Under the pieces are notes generated by a model. It was given only the letters and a program-made list of their open reading frames with translations, made no database searches and was not told the DNA's origin. A DNA stretch of 62,926 nt, the filler included, from Octopus bimaculoides (Eukaryota), in NCBI RefSeq assembly GCF_001194135.2. It is 3 parts of 2 records of this genome, joined end to end, with 100 filler letters (N's around TTAATTAATTAA, not from the genome) between each part and the next. Parts side by side here need not be neighbours in the genome. Positions count along the whole stretch, not along the records: positions 30,799 to 55,185 come from NC_068998.1; 2 more parts are not named here. One strand, 5' to 3'. Shown here one piece after another: positions 38,213 to 50,800 of the stretch. Both the position numbers and the translations under genes were made by a program. Position 1 is the first letter of the stretch. Every line of letters starts with the position of its first letter.

Positions 38213-39289
38213 NNNNNNNNNNNNNNNNNNNNNNNNNNNNNNNNNNNNNNNNNNNNNNNNNNNNNNNNNNNNNNNNNNNNNNNNNNNNNNNNNNNNNNNN
38301 NNNNNNNNNNNNNNNNNNNNNNNNNNNNNNNNNNNNNNNNNNNNNNNNNNNNNNNNNNNNNNNNNNNNNNNNNNNNNNNNNNNNNNNNNNNNNNNNNNNN
38401 NNNNNNNNNNNNNNNNNNNNNNNNNNNNNNNNNNNNNNNNNNNNNNNNNNNNNNNNNNNNNNNNNNNNNNNNNNNNNNNNNNNNNNNNNNNNNNNNNNNN
38501 NNNNNNNNNNNNNNNNNNNNNNNNNNNNNNNNNNNNNNNNNNNNNNNNNNNNNNNNNNNNNNNNNNNNNNNNNNNNNNNNNNNNNNNNNNNNNNNNNNNN
38601 NNNNNNNNNNNNNNNNNNNNNNNNNNNNNNNNNNNNNNNNNNNNNNNNNNNNNNNNNNNNNNNNNNNNNNNNNNNNNNNNNNNNNNNNNNNNNNNNNNNN
38701 NNNNNNNNNNNNNNNNNNNNNNNNNNNNNNNNNNNNNNNNNNNNNNNNNNNNNNNNNNNNNNNNNNNNNNNNNNNNNNNNNNNNNNNNNNNNNNNNNNNN
38801 NNNNNNNNNNNTGTCTATTATGTAGTTTGAATGAGAAACTGTAACTAAAGATTAAGATTATTAACCCCAAAATTTTACGCGTTTTAATAGCAATCAATTT
38901 TTTCTCTTTTTTGCTTAATTAAAATGGTTGCCTTTTCATCGTACTTTTTCATGTCAGCTGTAAAGGTAAAGGTGGTTAACTTGGACGGTGTTAAGTAGTG
39001 GAGATATTTGGTGATTGTATGTGCTACTTTACTTTTGACTGTTTCTTCTCAATAAGGATAATTGATTGATAACGAATCTTAACACAATATATATACAACT
39101 TCAAGAGGAATCAGACATCAAGCGAGACAGAGAGATGAAAGAAGAGAGACAGCATAGCGACGGTTTTGGGGGATAATTTCTGGTCCGATAAGTGACGAGA
39201 GATAAGCACGTTCCGTCATTTGTTTATTTTTTCCTGCTTACTGTATGCTCTTTCGTCGTGCACCTACGCCACATTTTATCATTATATAC

Positions 39290-39360
<71 letters not shown>

Positions 39361-39994
39361 TTTACGCACGCGCGTGCGCGAGCGTGTGTATGCATGTATA
39401 TATACACACAGAGACAATTACAATTGCAATGGGGTCAAAAATATACACATACACACAAAAGACATCAACAGCTTGGCAGAAAACATATTGGGATTTGCAG
39501 GCGATTCACAAGACTGTAATTAAAGCGTGCTAGAGATTAGTGAAATCTTCCAATATCGACTTAAAATATAACAAAAAAAGTAATTTAATAAAAAATACCA
39601 AAAAAAAAGCATTACGCTAGATTTAGGCGCTAATATATCTATTCAACTTAATATATCTATTCAGACTCATTCAAATACTGGGAGATGTAAACTAGAAATA
39701 TCTGATACCATAGAAAATGCAGATGTGTTGAGTATAATCAGGAAAGGCTATTCTATAGAGGAATGGTAAAGTTGCAGATTAATGACAGCAATGAGATTAC
39801 AAATATAAAATGAAGCATATGATATTCAAGATTGAGTCGAGGAATGTTACAGTGTGATAAGCTAAAGTGTTACAATGTGATAAACTGAAGTTATTAAATA
39901 AGAAAAACTGGAAAAAGAAGACAGCCGACTGCTTTGGGGAAACTGTCATGCCAAAACGATTGTAAGTGGATTTTGTATGCATCTTTAATCTTTT

Positions 39995-40230
39995 TGTCTT
40001 TTACCAGTTTCAGTCATTAGACTGCGGCCATGCTGGGGCACCGCTTTGAGGAGTTTTTAGTTGAATGGTTCGACCCCAGTATTTTTTATATTTTTATATT
40101 TTTTAAGCCTGATAATTTTTATATTGATCTTTTTTGTCGAAATACTACGTTACGGGGACGGACGCAAATACATCGACACCGGACGTCAAGTAGTGGTGGG
40201 GACATACACAAAGGCACACACACGCACACA
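39995..40230 (-). mobile_element. SINE family B, 3' part
   Basis: Reverse of ccccgtaac...tactggggtcga...gcggtgccccagcatggccgcagtctaatgactgaaac. Confidence 0.8.
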
Positions 40231-40821
40231 CATTTAGAGAAAAAGACCTGCCCAAAGTGCCAAAGAAATGAAAATTTAAGGAAAATGTAATAACAATATT
40301 TGAAAAGAGATATTTTAATTGAAACGTTATTAAATATATTTTTAAGAAGACCTTCAAATATTTTACACATAACTGATCGAAGTGACGTTTTGTTATATAT
40401 ATGCACATTCGTTGTCTTCAGTGTTCCAGACACGCATGTTGTTTGAATATATTTATGCTTGTATATGCATTCGTACATATTTATCTCTCCAAATATTGTA
40501 TCAGACGCTCTGTGATCACTTCTGGATTTCATTTCTCCAAGCCCTGCACTATATATGGTGTTCGTCTTTATTTCATCCAAAATGGAGACGAACACTATTC
40601 TTCCATGTCATAGACTTGAAATATTGTTAAGATATTAAGATATTTTCTTAACATGAAAACGTTGGCAACCTTAATACACAAATAAAGAAATTTTATCCAC
40701 CAATGCGGTGTTGAGCACTAATTCTCATTGCTCCACCTTTACGCATATGTGTGTGTGTGCGTGTGAGTATGTATATGTATGTATATATATGTATGTATGT
40801 ATGCATATATATATATATATA

Positions 40822-40852
<31 letters not shown>

Positions 40853-40923
40853 ATATTTCGCTTTTGTATCTTTTGTATGCGAACTCGTGTGTTGAAGCAA
40901 CTTACGTTGTGTCTGGAGATAGT

Positions 40924-41199
40924 CATACTGTCTTACTACTTCATTATCTAACACACTCACTGATTCGATTTCCACTCATCTATTATTTATGTTTTTCTCT
41001 TACAAAATTTTCATTGCTTTTGCAGCCTTCTCAATGTATGTTGACTGTATCCGATACTGGAGCTCCTAACGGACAGAGTCAATATCCATTGACAAGGCTG
41101 CCAACGGAAAGAAAAGTTTGGAAGAAAAAAATATGAGTAATAAATTAGTGGAAATCGAACCAGTGAGTGTGTTAGATAATAAGGTATTAAGACAATGTG
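40924..41199. repeat. 276-bp imperfect palindrome (130-bp arms, 16-nt spacer)
   Basis: Arm 40924-41053 versus the reverse complement of 41070-41199: about 107/130 identical by hand count, no indels. Confidence 0.93.
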
Positions 41200-41607
41200 A
41201 AATTATCAGTTTCGCTCTTGACTGTTGCATTGTAGGATTTTTTAAAAATGGTGTTTGAAGTATTTGTAATGTTTGGCGGACATTAGATTTAACCAGATGG
41301 ACATCGATGTCTCTAGTTGGTCATTGTAAAAGATAATTACAAGGCCGATGAAATTCATTAGAATTTCTTATAAACATGTATGCAAAGATGACATTTAAAA
41401 ATACTCTTACTCGCATTCAGTTACGATACTCAACGTATTGAGTTCAACATCAGATGATATTTATATCATATAAAATATATTTTTACATAGTTTACATCAC
41501 TTACATTACGATTATATAAGTAAGCATATATATACTTATGTATATATGTATGAAAAGTTAATCTAATAGTTGCATGCACATATTGCATACTTGTAACGTA
41601 ATAAAAT

Positions 41608-41646
<39 letters not shown>

Positions 41647-41879
41647 ATACAAATCATAAATGTGTTTGATCCATGTAAAGAAATATTATGTATGAAGTAA
41701 ACTGCGTTCAAGAAACATCATAATATAACGAAATCCAATTTGGTATATCAAAGACAACGCATATATCTTATAAATTTCTTCATCTTCCAAAATATTCAAT
41801 GCATATTTCAACCGTGTGTTACATCTCGCATCTCACAAATGGCCCATCTTTATTTCGTTTTGTATGTGGAATGATTATA

Positions 41880-42715
41880 TATACAGTCACACCAGCACAT
41901 ACACACACACACATATACACATATATACATATATACATACATACATACATATATATGTATATATATATGTACATATACATATATATATATATACATATAT
42001 ATGTATATATATATGTACATATANNNNNNNNNNNNNNNNNNNNNNNNNNNNNNNNNNNNNNNNNNNNNNNNNNNNNNNNNNNNNNNNNNNNNNNNNNNNN
42101 NNNNNNNNNNNNNNNNNNNNNNNNNNNNNNNNNNNNNNNNNNNNNNNNNNNNNNNNNNNNNNNNNNNNNNNNNNNNNNNNNNNNNNNNNNNNNNNNNNNN
42201 NNNNNNNNNNNNNNNNNNNNNNNNNNNNNNNNNNNNNNNNNNNNNNNNNNNNNNNNNNNNNNNNNNNNNNNNNNNNNNNNNNNNNNNNNNNNNNNNNNNN
42301 NNNNNNNNNNNNNNNNNNNNNNNNNNNNNNNNNNNNNNNNNNNNNNNNNNNNNNNNNNNNNNNNNNNNNNNNNNNNNNNNNNNNNNNNNNNNNNNNNNNN
42401 NNNNNNNNNNNNNNNNNNNNNNNNNNNNNNNNNNNNNNNNNNNNNNNNNNNNNNNNNNNNNNNNNNNNNNNNNNNNNNNNNNNNNNNNNNNNNNNNNNNN
42501 NNNNNNNNNNNNNNNNNNNNNNNNNNNNNNNNNNNNNNNNNNNNNNNNNNNNNNNNNNNNNNNNNNNNNNNNNNNNNNNNNNNNNNNNNNNNNNNNNNNN
42601 NNNNNNNNNNNNNNNNNNNNNNNNNNNNNNNNNNNNNNNNNNNNNNNNNNNNNNNNNNNNNNNNTATATATACGTACACACACGCGCACGCACACACACA
42701 TACACATATATATGA
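41880..42715. repeat. TA/CA-rich tracts flanking a gap
   Basis: Direct reading. Confidence 0.9.
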
Positions 42716-43427
42716 TTCGTTTTGCGAACGGGGACAATAAACGTAATGCATAAACAACTAAATTATGTATAGGTTGTGAGTGTATTTTTATGCGTGCACG
42801 TGGGTGTTTGGATGCATATAAGCATGTGTGGGGGGAAAAGTATCTGACTGTGGCTATACAAGTGAATACAAATATGTATAAATACATATTTATTCATAAC
42901 AAAGTCAACGTAAATCATTTTTCCACTCAACCTGCCACAACATGGAAATACAGACGCTCACACACATACACGCACGCACACACATGCACGCACACACATA
43001 CACATACTCACACATACATACGTTTATTCATCACAGTAGATAGTCACTCAAATAGTTGAATACAATCCTGATAACTATATTCAACGAAAAATCTCCAGAA
43101 AAATGATTGAATTACCACATTTTATTCTTTTAACCACATATCTGGAGTGAAAATGAGAGAGAAAGGGAGGAAACATGCATACATACACACATACATACAT
43201 GCATACATACATACATACATGTATGCATTCATACATACATACATACATACATACATACATACATACATGCTAATATGTATAAATATCTATCCAAAAATAT
43301 ATGCTTTTGTAGATAAACATGTTATGTGTGTAAGGAAGAATGCGAAACATTGGTATCTCATTGATATTTCAAAAAATTCATTTTCCCTACACCTGTTCCT
43401 ACGTCTCATAAAAACTTTGTTAGCAAT

Positions 43428-43543
43428 ATAGGCGTAGGCGTGGCTATAATGCAAGCGTGTCTATAAGTGCAGGCGTGGCTACAGGCACAGGCGTAGCTAT
43501 AAGTACAGGCGTGTCTATAGTCGCAGGCGTGGCTATAGGCATA
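43428..43543. repeat. 18-bp minisatellite, about 6.5 units (ATARNYRYAGGCGTGKCT)
   Basis: Units ataggcgtaggcgtggct, ataatgcaagcgtgtct, ataagtgcaggcgtggct, acaggcacaggcgtagct, ataagtacaggcgtgtct, atagtcgcaggcgtggct. Confidence 0.9.
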
Positions 43544-43544
43544 A

Positions 43545-43900
43545 AGATGTAGAGGAGCGCCATCTTGCATAAAATCAAATCTTCAGTATTCTCCCAAATA
43601 CTGATAACTGGCCAGATTTCATTTTGCAGCAAGGTGAGGTAGCTTTCAGCATTCATGGCATTGCAAAGCATGAAAGGACCCACAAGCCTGTCCGAAGTCA
43701 TTTCACGCCATACCGTTACCTTGGACTGATTCTGTATTTTTTCAGAGGTAATACGAGAATCCCCTCCTGCCCAACAGTGGTAGTTGTGACGGTTCACAAA
43801 CTCACCGATGTCGAATACCGCTTCATCATTCCAGAGGATATTTTTTAAAGAGATCAGACCATGTTTGTAGTGTTTCTTAATTTCAAACAAAATAATCGAT
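43545..43900 (-). mobile_element. Tc1/mariner-superfamily transposase fragment, decayed
   Basis: ILWNDEAVFDIGEFVNRHNYHCWA...SKVTVW...LVGPF...MNAESYLTLLQ, then FMQDGAPLH after a frameshift. The first two catalytic Asp motifs are visible. Confidence 0.88.
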
Positions 43901-44031
43901 CTGAAAAGAGAAAAAAACCACGAATAATCAATTCCCATACATTAAGGAACATACACAACAAATTTGAGGAAACAATTATAGCTAATAAATAAATTATAAG
44001 TATTTTAAAATAGGGAATTACTTTTCAATCA

Positions 44032-44191
44032 CCCTTACCAACCATGTGGTTCCGGGTTCAGTCCCACTGCGTGGCACCTTGAGCAAGTGTCTTCTACTAT
44101 AACCTCGGGCCGACCAGAGACTTGTGAGTGGATTTGGTAGATGGAAACTAAAAGAAGTCCGTCGTATATATGTATATATATATATATATAT
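44032..44191 (+). mobile_element. SINE family B, 5' part running into (TA)n and a gap
   Basis: tggttccgggttcagtcccactgcgtggcaccttgagcaagtgtcttctactat...gagtggatttggtagatggaaact. Confidence 0.9.
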
Positions 44192-44635
44192 NNNNNNNNN
44201 NNNNNNNNNNNNNNNNNNNNNNNNNNNNNNNNNNNNNNNNNNNNNNNNNNNNNNNNNNNNNNNNNNNNNNNNNNNNNNNNNNNNNNNNNNNNNNNNNNNN
44301 NNNNNNNNNNNNNNNNNNNNNNNNNNNNNNNNNNNNNNNNNNNNNNNNNNNNNNNNNNNNNNNNNNNNNNNNNNNNNNNNNNNNNNNNNNNNNNNNNNNN
44401 NNNNNNNNNNNNNNNNNNNNNNNNNNNNNNNNNNNNNNNNNNNNNNNNNNNNNNNNNNNNNNNNNNNNNNNNNNNNNNNNNNNNNNNNNNNNNNNNNNNN
44501 NNNNNNNNNNNNNNNNNNNNNNNNNNNNNNNNNNNNNNNNNNNNNNNNNNNNNNNNNNNNNNNNNNNNNNNNNNNNNNNNNNNNNNNNNNNNNNNNNNNN
44601 NNNNNNNNATATATGTATGTGTGTGTGTGTGTGTG

Positions 44636-44676
<41 letters not shown>

Positions 44677-45899
44677 CTAGACTATTCTGTCGCGACTAGA
44701 ATTTAAAAGTGTTCACATGCTTTTAAAAATGTGATGAGTGCTTTCTTACTCCTTATGCAAAGCAACACTATTCCATGTAACAATATGCATTATTTAGTAG
44801 ATCAAGACATGACCTATACATTTAAGTATATTAAGAATTAATAACTGTTGTTAACTGTCTAATACGATGTGGTACATGATATATGATATATGATAAACAT
44901 GCAAACACACACACACACACACTTACTCATTCACTCACTCACTCACTCTCACATTCACACACGCACAAACACAAACACAAACACACATATAAACTTACAA
45001 ATGTTTGTATGCATGTATGTATGTGCAGATGTATATGTGTGTGTGTGTCTTTATTTATATATATANNNNNNNNNNNNNNNNNNNNNNNNNNNNNNNNNNN
45101 NNNNNNNNNNNNNNNNNNNNNNNNNNNNNNNNNNNNNNNNNNNNNNNNNNNNNNNNNNNNNNNNNNNNNNNNNNNNNNNNNNNNNNNNNNNNNNNNNNNN
45201 NNNNNNNNNNNNNNNNNNNNNNNNNNNNNNNNNNNNNNNNNNNNNNNNNNNNNNNNNNNNNNNNNNNNNNNNNNNNNNNNNNNNNNNNNNNNNNNNNNNN
45301 NNNNNNNNNNNNNNNNNNNNNNNNNNNNNNNNNNNNNNNNNNNNNNNNNNNNNNNNNNNNNNNNNNNNNNNNNNNNNNNNNNNNNNNNNGTGTGTGTGTG
45401 AATAAAAATAAATATACAAAATAAAAATTAAAATTAAGATTTTAAAATATATACAAAAAAAGGGTTTTGTATTATCGTGTATAGAGAAATATATTATTTA
45501 AAAGAGTTCCAACTCTGTCTGTTTTTTATGTTTTATTTATATTCTTATTAAATTAAATGGTAAAATGAAAAATGAAATGAAGTGTTGAATGTCTTATTGA
45601 ATATATGAAATATTGAGTACTAAATATAGAGAATCAAATATATAAAGAAAATCAAATATATAATGGCGAGTACGTACTTTCATGCCTATTGGCATTCATC
45701 AGGCCTCATCTGACAGACTTTAACACACACACACACACACACACATATTGTGCAGGTAGCTGGGGCGTAATTTGTAATCCGAAAATGTCTAAATATGTAG
45801 AGGTATTGATTGTTAGGAAACTACTAATATATGCTAATATATGATTTATTGTGGAAGAAGGTTGACAGTTGCATAAATTATTGCGTATGATAAATATTA

Positions 45900-46223
45900 A
45901 GATATACATTGAATGTGTTTACAGATACGTGTGTGCGCTTATATATATATATATGTGTGTGTGTGTATACATAAATACATATTTATATATATATATATAC
46001 ACGCACACACGCACACACACACAAACACACAGACGCACACACACACATACACACACACATACATGTATATGCTTTTGTGAACGTCAAAAATCCGTAAATG
46101 GATATGCAGGTGGGTGCGTACACAGACGGACAGACAGATAGATCGACCGATAGACAGGTCGACAGACAAGCATACATACATACATACATACATACAGACA
46201 GACAGACAGACAGATAGACAGAC

Positions 46224-46283
<60 letters not shown>

Positions 46284-46300
46284 GGATAGATAGATAGATA
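45900..46300. repeat. TA/CA and (TACA)n-(GACA)n-(GATA)n compound tract
   Basis: Direct reading. Confidence 0.92.
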
Positions 46301-46681
46301 CTGCCACAAACGCTTATGTCTTCAAGTTCCTTTTCTCTCGCAGCTGGAAATTTCTTTTGACAAAAAGTTAATTTTTCTCTTAAAGACATGTTAACAGAAA
46401 TATCAAAGATGTTATCTTCAACAAGACTAGTACGTCTGCGTTTTATCTGAATGTAATATACATTCGCGGTTTTACGAACGTTAACCTTCGTACATCATTG
46501 TTTGTGAGATCAAATCTACATTTTAAAACCAGATGTCAGTACAGACTGCGGATGAAACGAACGGAACAAAATTGTTTTATCATATAACGATTTGTATAGC
46601 AATATAACTTGGAATTTATTTTCTTGTGTTATGTTACAAAGATAAAACAGAAATTCGAGGAAATTTTTCAGAATATTTAAT

Positions 46682-46820
46682 TCTTTATTGCCCATAGGGG
46701 GCTAAACATAGAAGGGGCAAACAAGGACAGACAAAGGGTTTCAGTAGATTACATCGACCCCAGTGCGTAACTGCTACTTATTTAATCGACCCCGAAAGGA
46801 TGAAAGGCAAAGTCGACCTA
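46682..46820 (-). mobile_element. SINE family A, tail type 2, 5'-truncated
   Basis: ttctttattgcccatagggggctaaacatag...gaaaggatgaaaggcaaagtcgacct. Confidence 0.9.
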
Positions 46821-49800
46821 GACTAAGCACTTACTAGTAATCCTTACTTATATGCATGTAGTACAATTTTTCTGAATTTTCAGATTTTTTATATGCTAGG
46901 CCACTGGTTTTAAATTGATGTTAATTAAATTGATATTCAATTTATCACGTTCAGTATATAAATATAAATTTAAATAATTATGTTCTCTAACCGGCAACAT
47001 CTACTGCAGTGAACTATCTTCTGCAGAAGTTTCCGGAATTTAGCGTGCCAGAGCTGAGACATTTCAAAATAACTCCAATGTAATCGGTAGAACTGTACGC
47101 ACGTCAAACTTTATGAAGACAATTCGTGTATAGTTCTGCAAATTATATTGAATTTAGAACGGTCGTACTGACGAAACACGGGGGTTTTATGTAAATAAAA
47201 ACGTTGATGGCGAAACCAGTATACGATAAATTCTTTACTTTATTATATTTTCATTTTGTCTTGCCCACTTATGTTCTATGTTTGCTGAATTTTTTCTAGA
47301 GAACATTATTTTCTTTGTGGTTGAGTCATTGATGATCTCTTTCTAGCATATTGGATGTCCACTTATACTCCCGCCACACACGCACACACGTACACACATA
47401 TACTCCCAAATTTTCATTGAGCTCAATATAGCATTTCTGTTTCATGGTTATCTTCAATGGAGACTACAGCAGGATATGTGTTAGAAATACATGTGCCGTT
47501 AGAAACGCAGATACTGAGACTGTTGCAATTACATGGTAGAGGTTTTTTCCCTGTTCCTACTGAGAAATATAATTTAGTTTATATATTTTGCTTAAGAAGA
47601 AGTGAAATTGTTAGTGCAACCATACCTCACCCTAATGGTATTTCCATTAAAGATATTAAAATACATATGGTCTGCAAAGAAATACTTATTTATAAGGTTT
47701 GGAAAAATCCTCGCAATGCTGGGACTAAAATTTAATCTACATAATGGATTAAATCACATAATATTGCTGTCCCTTTTATAATTTTTATATATTGTATTCA
47801 AACTTTTAAGACACGGATTGTTAATGTGAATTTAGCACATTTAAGTTATTCTTATTCAAAATATGAGCTGAACACCCGGTTACAAATGTTACTATGCAAC
47901 TTTCTTATGATTATAAATGGATGGTCGAAATTTATGTCGATATGCCATTGTACTTAAATCTGCAATTATATGTAAAGAATTTAATTATATTTAATCTGAT
48001 GTGAGGTTTGTATTTAACTTTTTTGATACGCTGATGAGTTCCATTCTAATATTTTTTTCGTAGCAATTTATACCTCGCATAATGAATAGTCCATTATCAC
48101 TTCACATACTGAACTCTGCTTAGCGGAACAGCTTCCAAAGTACGCATAAGATGTGCAACACTATCAACTGACAAAGCTCAGCTCCATCGTTCGATACCAC
48201 AGTTACATCATACAATTCTTGGCCATTACCTTTTACACCTCATCACTACCTCCACAATCATCACCACCACACCACTAAAAATCATCTTGGAGATAGCAAA
48301 GATTGTCTAGCATGCATACTAATATAAATGCCAGACTCGGTAATTGCGATAAAATGCTGTCGAAATAAAAGCTTTTTCACTATATCAAACTACAATTTTT
48401 GTTTTTATTATTGCTTATTATTTATGTTATTGGTAGCTGATAAACTATTATTCCGCCAGGAAAGCAAGTGATATGTTGAATGGTAACATTGATGTGTTGC
48501 AAAATATTTTTACACAACCTTTCTATCTCCCTTTCCTAATCCGTTATTGACACAAAAAATATTTTTATGATCATCAAGTGTAATGTATGGTTAATGTGAA
48601 ACTGACGTTTCTACTCAATCGTTCACTTAAGGATTGTAGCTTGTGAATTGATATATGTTAAGTACTAACGTCGAGTTTCTCTTGATTGTTTGCGATATTC
48701 TAAACGGAAATGCTCTTGTGCCGTGTGCGACCGCCAGTTTCTTACATATTTTTGGTTTCGTTCGAAGAAACATATGAATATGTTTTGAATTGTGAAATTT
48801 TGCTGAATCTTCTTGTAATACTGCTTGGAAGTTGTTTGAGGCTCATAATGTCACACTTCTTTGTTGTGTGAGAAAGACATTTAAAATACCTAACGCTGAG
48901 CATCATTTTCTTAGTGTAACTTATATGTTTGTGTCGAGTGAGATCAGATATGACTTTGATTTAGTTCCGTCTTGTTTTCTAAATTAGATACTTAATGTGC
49001 TTCCTTCTGAATGATTTCGTGAGATTCTTTGAAGAAATTTTGTAAGCTTCCATCTTTCACTTTTGTTGCATCATCTCTTAACGGTTCTCGACAAATTAAG
49101 ATGCGGTATATAAATTAAGGAAGTTTGTGTTTAGAAACGAAGAAATACTCAAAACATAAACAGTAGAGTTTTATTAGAAACTGAAGGTTTTCGGATCATT
49201 ATTCTCTGTTTCGTGTTGCTGAGTATTCAATCAAAGTAGAGAACAGCCTGACAGTACGTAAGCAAAAATATTCGTAAATGTCGTAAACATGTAGAAGTAT
49301 AGTTGTTCATCGAAATTTCATTACTTACAATCATCATCATCATCGTTATTATTATCATTATTATTACTATCATCATAATTTATTGTCGTTGTTCTTGCTG
49401 CTGCTGCTACCATTGCTGTTGTTCTGTTGAAGTTGTTGAAGTTGTTGAAGTTGTGTTGTTGCCCACATAATATTAATGAACGTTGTGCATTTCGTTGCCA
49501 TAATCAAATTCAATATATTTGTTCTAATACTTCTGAGACTCTATACAAAATAAAAAGCTAATAAAATAACGCTTTTGTCTAAATTCTTCGTTTCCGCATC
49601 ACGCCCATTGGTCGTCTGCTTTTTCACAAATAACTTAATAGCGAATCTAAAAGCAAACAAATCAAATTAGCTCCTGCTTGGGGCGATCTACCATATCTTC
49701 TGTTGGTTGAAATGAATGAGATATTCTCAGGATCTTACAGCTTTTAGATAATCTAATAGGGATAAGAAGTACAGTTTGCATCGACATTGATTATATAACC

Positions 49801-50253
49801 AATCTTAGCGTTCACGAAGTTTCTAGTATATATTATTTTATTTTTTCATTATTTACCTTCTGTTGTCATTTTTTCTTGGGCATTTCAGTACAGACAAATA
49901 CAAAATTCAATGAATTCTATTTGATCACCGATAATTAGTATTTTTCAGTGATATTTAATCATTTTTTTTTACTTTTCAAAGGTTTTAATATTTATTGGAC
50001 TAATGATGACTATTGCATTCATTCCTTCCTGTCTTATTTTCTTTTCTTTTCTTTTCTTATTTGAAACTTGGTGGTATACAAACGAAAAATAATCTGCAAT
50101 GTTTAATTTATGTTCAATTTCTTCTTCCAACACGATGAAGATAAAACTTTCACACTTTCTAACATTTTCTTATTATTGTAAAAGAGATGTGACATACAGC
50201 GTGCACCAAAAGTCAGGCACCAAAGTGTTGGATATTTTATTTATATCACATTA

Positions 50254-50311
<58 letters not shown>

Positions 50312-50324
50312 CATTATTATTATT

Positions 50325-50540
50325 AAGGCAGCTAGCAAGCAGAATCGTTAGCACACCAGGCAAAATGCTTAGCGGCATTTCGTCCATCTTTACGTTCTGA
50401 ACTCAAATTCTGTCTAAGTCGGCTTTGCCTTTCATCCTTTCGGGATCAATAAATTAAAAAGCAGTGAAACACTGCGGTCGATGTAATCGGTTAGTTCCCC
50501 CGGCAAATGTCAGGCCTTGTGCCAATAGTAGAAAGGATTG
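50325..50540 (+). mobile_element. SINE family A, tail type 1, directly after (TTA)n
   Basis: aaggcagctagcaagcagaatcgttagcacaccaggc...ggccttgtgccaatagtagaaagg. Confidence 0.9.
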
Positions 50541-50571
50541 TTGCTGTTGTTGTTGTTGTTATTATTATGTG

Positions 50572-50800
50572 AAGGCACTTGACTTAGTGGCTAGGTTGTT
50601 GCACTCACAACTGCAAGATCGTGGGTTCGATCCCGAGACCGACTGTTGTGTTGTTTTCTTGAGCAAAACACTTCATTTTACGTTGCTCTGGGATCATTTC
50701 TTCATCTAACATATAGTACGTCGCGCAGCTGCACAGGTAAAGTCGATTTGATAGAAGGAGTTAGCTGATGTAAGCACAAACATTTGATCACTATAAACCA
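50572..50800 (+). mobile_element. tRNA-derived SINE family C (CORE-like)
   Basis: A/B-box-like gacttagtgg and gggttcgatccc, followed by tcttgagcaaaacacttcatttYacgttgct. Reverse copies lie at 54005-54121 and 54262-54510. Confidence 0.8.

Noticed and set aside
47390-47562. Minus frame LPCNCNSLSICVSNGTCISNTYPAVVSIED resembling a TGF-beta receptor ectodomain
   Set aside because: It lacks the next conserved Cys, has no good donor, and hits a stop. Likely chance.
48620-49100. Minus-strand stretch that reads like a decayed charged ORF
   Set aside because: Multiple stops, no motif and no internal repeat to test codon bias.
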